Below the pieces are notes generated by a model, which saw only the letters and a list, made by a program, of their open reading frames with translations, had not been told where the DNA came from and searched no databases. From Carcharhinus longimanus (lineage: Eukaryota): a stretch of DNA of 64,000 nt. Where the stretch lies: contig JASCQW010000122.1 of assembly GCA_030264375.1 (NCBI GenBank), positions 47,111,408-47,175,407 of the forward strand. Direction: 5' to 3'. Each line of letters opens with the position of its first letter. Within the stretch, counting starts at the first letter, position 1. A program made the translations under genes and the position numbers. Shown here piece after piece: positions 61,746-64,000 of the stretch.

Positions 61746-61883
61746 AAAAACCCCCACCCCAATCCTTCCTTACCTCTTTGGGTTCAATTTATAGGTGTGG
61801 CCATTAGTGGTCCACCTTAACTCACCCCCATTTTAATCCAACATAGCACACTCAGAAAATCTGATGCATGTCAGCAATTATGT

Positions 61884-62160
61884 TCATAAAATCCCTACAG
61901 TGCAGAAGGGAGCCATTCAGCCCATCAAATCTGCATTGACACAATCCCACCCATGCCCTATTCCCATAACCCTATGCATTTACGTTAGCTATTTCCCCCT
62001 GTCAGTAAAGTGCAATCCACCTAACCACTCATCTTTGGACTGCAAGACGAAACCGGAGCACACAGACGTGGGGAGAATGTGCAAACTCCACATAGACAGT
62101 CACCCAAACCAGGAATCAAATCCTTGGCACTGTGAGGCAGCAGTGCTAACCACTGTGCCA
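61884..62160 (-). mobile_element. HE1-type V-SINE, diverged
   Basis: Reverse complement of head, V-domain and tail. Confidence 0.85.
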
Positions 62161-64000
62161 TCAAGCCTCCCCACTGGTTATTCCCACTGGCTGTGGGCAG
62201 ATGTCAACATTGGTGCGGTCAAACTAACTCTGAGGAAGTAAAGATTTTCCATGTCTGACATCCAAGTGGCCAAATTGTTCTCATCTTGTCGTCCCGTACA
62301 CACCTGATTCCCACCCCGAGTTAAAACCGCCCATTCAGTTTTTGTTCTAATGTAACCTTGTTACTTCCAGAAGAATAAAGAGATTGCTGTAGTCCATTTT
62401 AATCCAGTACTTTTATGCAAATTTGATTTGTGAATGAGGTATTGCTTTGGATGAATGCAAAGGTGCTGAAATGTAAACTTGCAAAACATCCACAGCAGAT
62501 CTCCCTTGGCATCAGTAGTAATGTTTATCCGTTAACCTGGCCTGTGTCTTTAAGGTCGCTGTGCTGTAGGGGTAAATCCAACCAACTGGAGCTACAATTT
62601 TGTAGCTGAAGTTAGTCAAAGATTATTTATGAATACTGATGAAAATCAAGCTCCAGGTCAATGACAAGCTTCCCTTTTTTTTAAGAGATCATTTTGCATC
62701 TATAACTAAGTGTGACCTCTGTGTGATGAACATATATTAGATGTGGGACATGTTACACATTAGTAAATCTCTGTTGACATTGTACACAGAACAAATGAGA
62801 AATTAGTAATAATGAATGATTGTCTTTTGATATCAGCTGTCTCTCCAGATGTTCACAAGCAGAAACAAAATAATATTCATGGAGGCACTCACATGCATGT
62901 ATATGCCTGCCTGCCTGTTCTCGTAGCTCAAATGTATAAAAAATATATTCAGATGGGTATTTTAATTAATCATTAGTTATGACCAATAAACTATATATAA
63001 TGTTCTTCAACAAATGGTTCAAAGTGCATCAAAACATTTGTAGAACAACAATGTGTGTTAGAAACCAACAACATTTGAAAGTGATAAAAGGTGGGAGAGC
63101 AAATAGACTAAAGTCATGGAGGGACTGCATTTTAACTAAATTAAGTTTTATTCCATTTAAAAATTACTTGGGGATGATCAAAACATACCCACAGCAATCA
63201 AAACACTCATAAAAAGGAACACAACAGTCAGAAGCAAAGTGGAAAAATAAAAGTAATTTGACTCAAGCAGCAGTTTTAACTAATCACTGAGCATTTGTGG
63301 TGACAGCAGCAATAAAATGTGAAAACGTGAGAAAGGGCTGTTNNNNNNNNNNNNNNNNNNNNNNNNNNNNNNNNNNNNNNNNNNNNNNNNNNNNNNNNNN
63401 NNNNNNNNNNNNNNNNNNNNNNNNNNNNNNNNNNNNNNNNNNACAGCAGCAATAAAATGTGAAAATGTGAGAAAGGGCTGTTCAATGATCAACCATATTG
63501 ATTTCTTCTGAAGGGCTGAACATTGCTGGAATTGAGGAAAGACTTGGGGGAAATTGGGAATAGGGAGATGAAGTTTAGAATCTGCCAACCAGGAGTAAAT
63601 AAGGAAATGTGGTGCCACTTGGGACTAGGATTACCAGGATGTAATTATCCAGAGGGAGATGAATTGAAGAAAGGATGATGTTAGAGTAAGACGTCTGATG
63701 TGACAGAAACACAACAGGCAAGTATACAAGTGATGCAAGTTTTTTTTCATTATACCACCTGCGCATCCCCTATGGTATGTTTATAGTGCATCAGAAGATC
63801 CACAGCTTTATCTCATCTAGTCAAGTATCGATTATTCTGAGGGTAAATTTGATTAAAAATATTACATGTCGTTATATTAGGCAATATTTTCACTCTTCTT
63901 AGTACTTCAAGACCAAATTTCTACACTGGATTTGAATTTTTCAATCCTTCCTTTGACTTTTTTTTGCTGCAGTTGAAGCTGATGAAATCAAAGGATGGTG

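Noticed and set aside
63303-63482. 40-bp direct repeat flanking a 100-N gap
   Set aside because: Likely a collapsed tandem repeat or haplotype overlap at a scaffold gap; it cannot be interpreted.
63750-63835. Possible minus-strand exon (CCCTCAG acceptor, CAG|GT donor)
   Set aside because: All three frames contain early stops.

Overview
Repeat-rich, gene-poor vertebrate genomic DNA with many assembly gaps, almost certainly from a cartilaginous fish (shark). It is dominated by HE1-type V-SINEs and their CR1/HER1-type partner LINEs. Fragments of L2, Rex1/Babar and RTE LINEs, Deu-domain (SacSINE1-like) SINEs, two further tRNA-SINE families and GC-rich inverted-repeat elements are also present. 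No complete protein-coding gene can be supported; nearly all listed ORFs are repeat-derived or run through N gaps. Points of interest: (1) a short repeat family whose reconstructed consensus is a minimal hammerhead ribozyme of the Penelope type; (2) an LTR followed by a tRNA-Ser primer-binding site and a decayed ORF; (3) a V-SINE subfamily whose tail resembles the 3' end of the Rex1/Babar LINE instead of CR1; (4) a repeat-poor block at about 51-54.8 kb that looks like the terminal exon and long 3' UTR of an unidentified minus-strand gene; (5) several repeat-free islands that look like conserved enhancers. Repeat boundaries were read by eye and are approximate. Family names come from recalled consensus motifs, not database searches.
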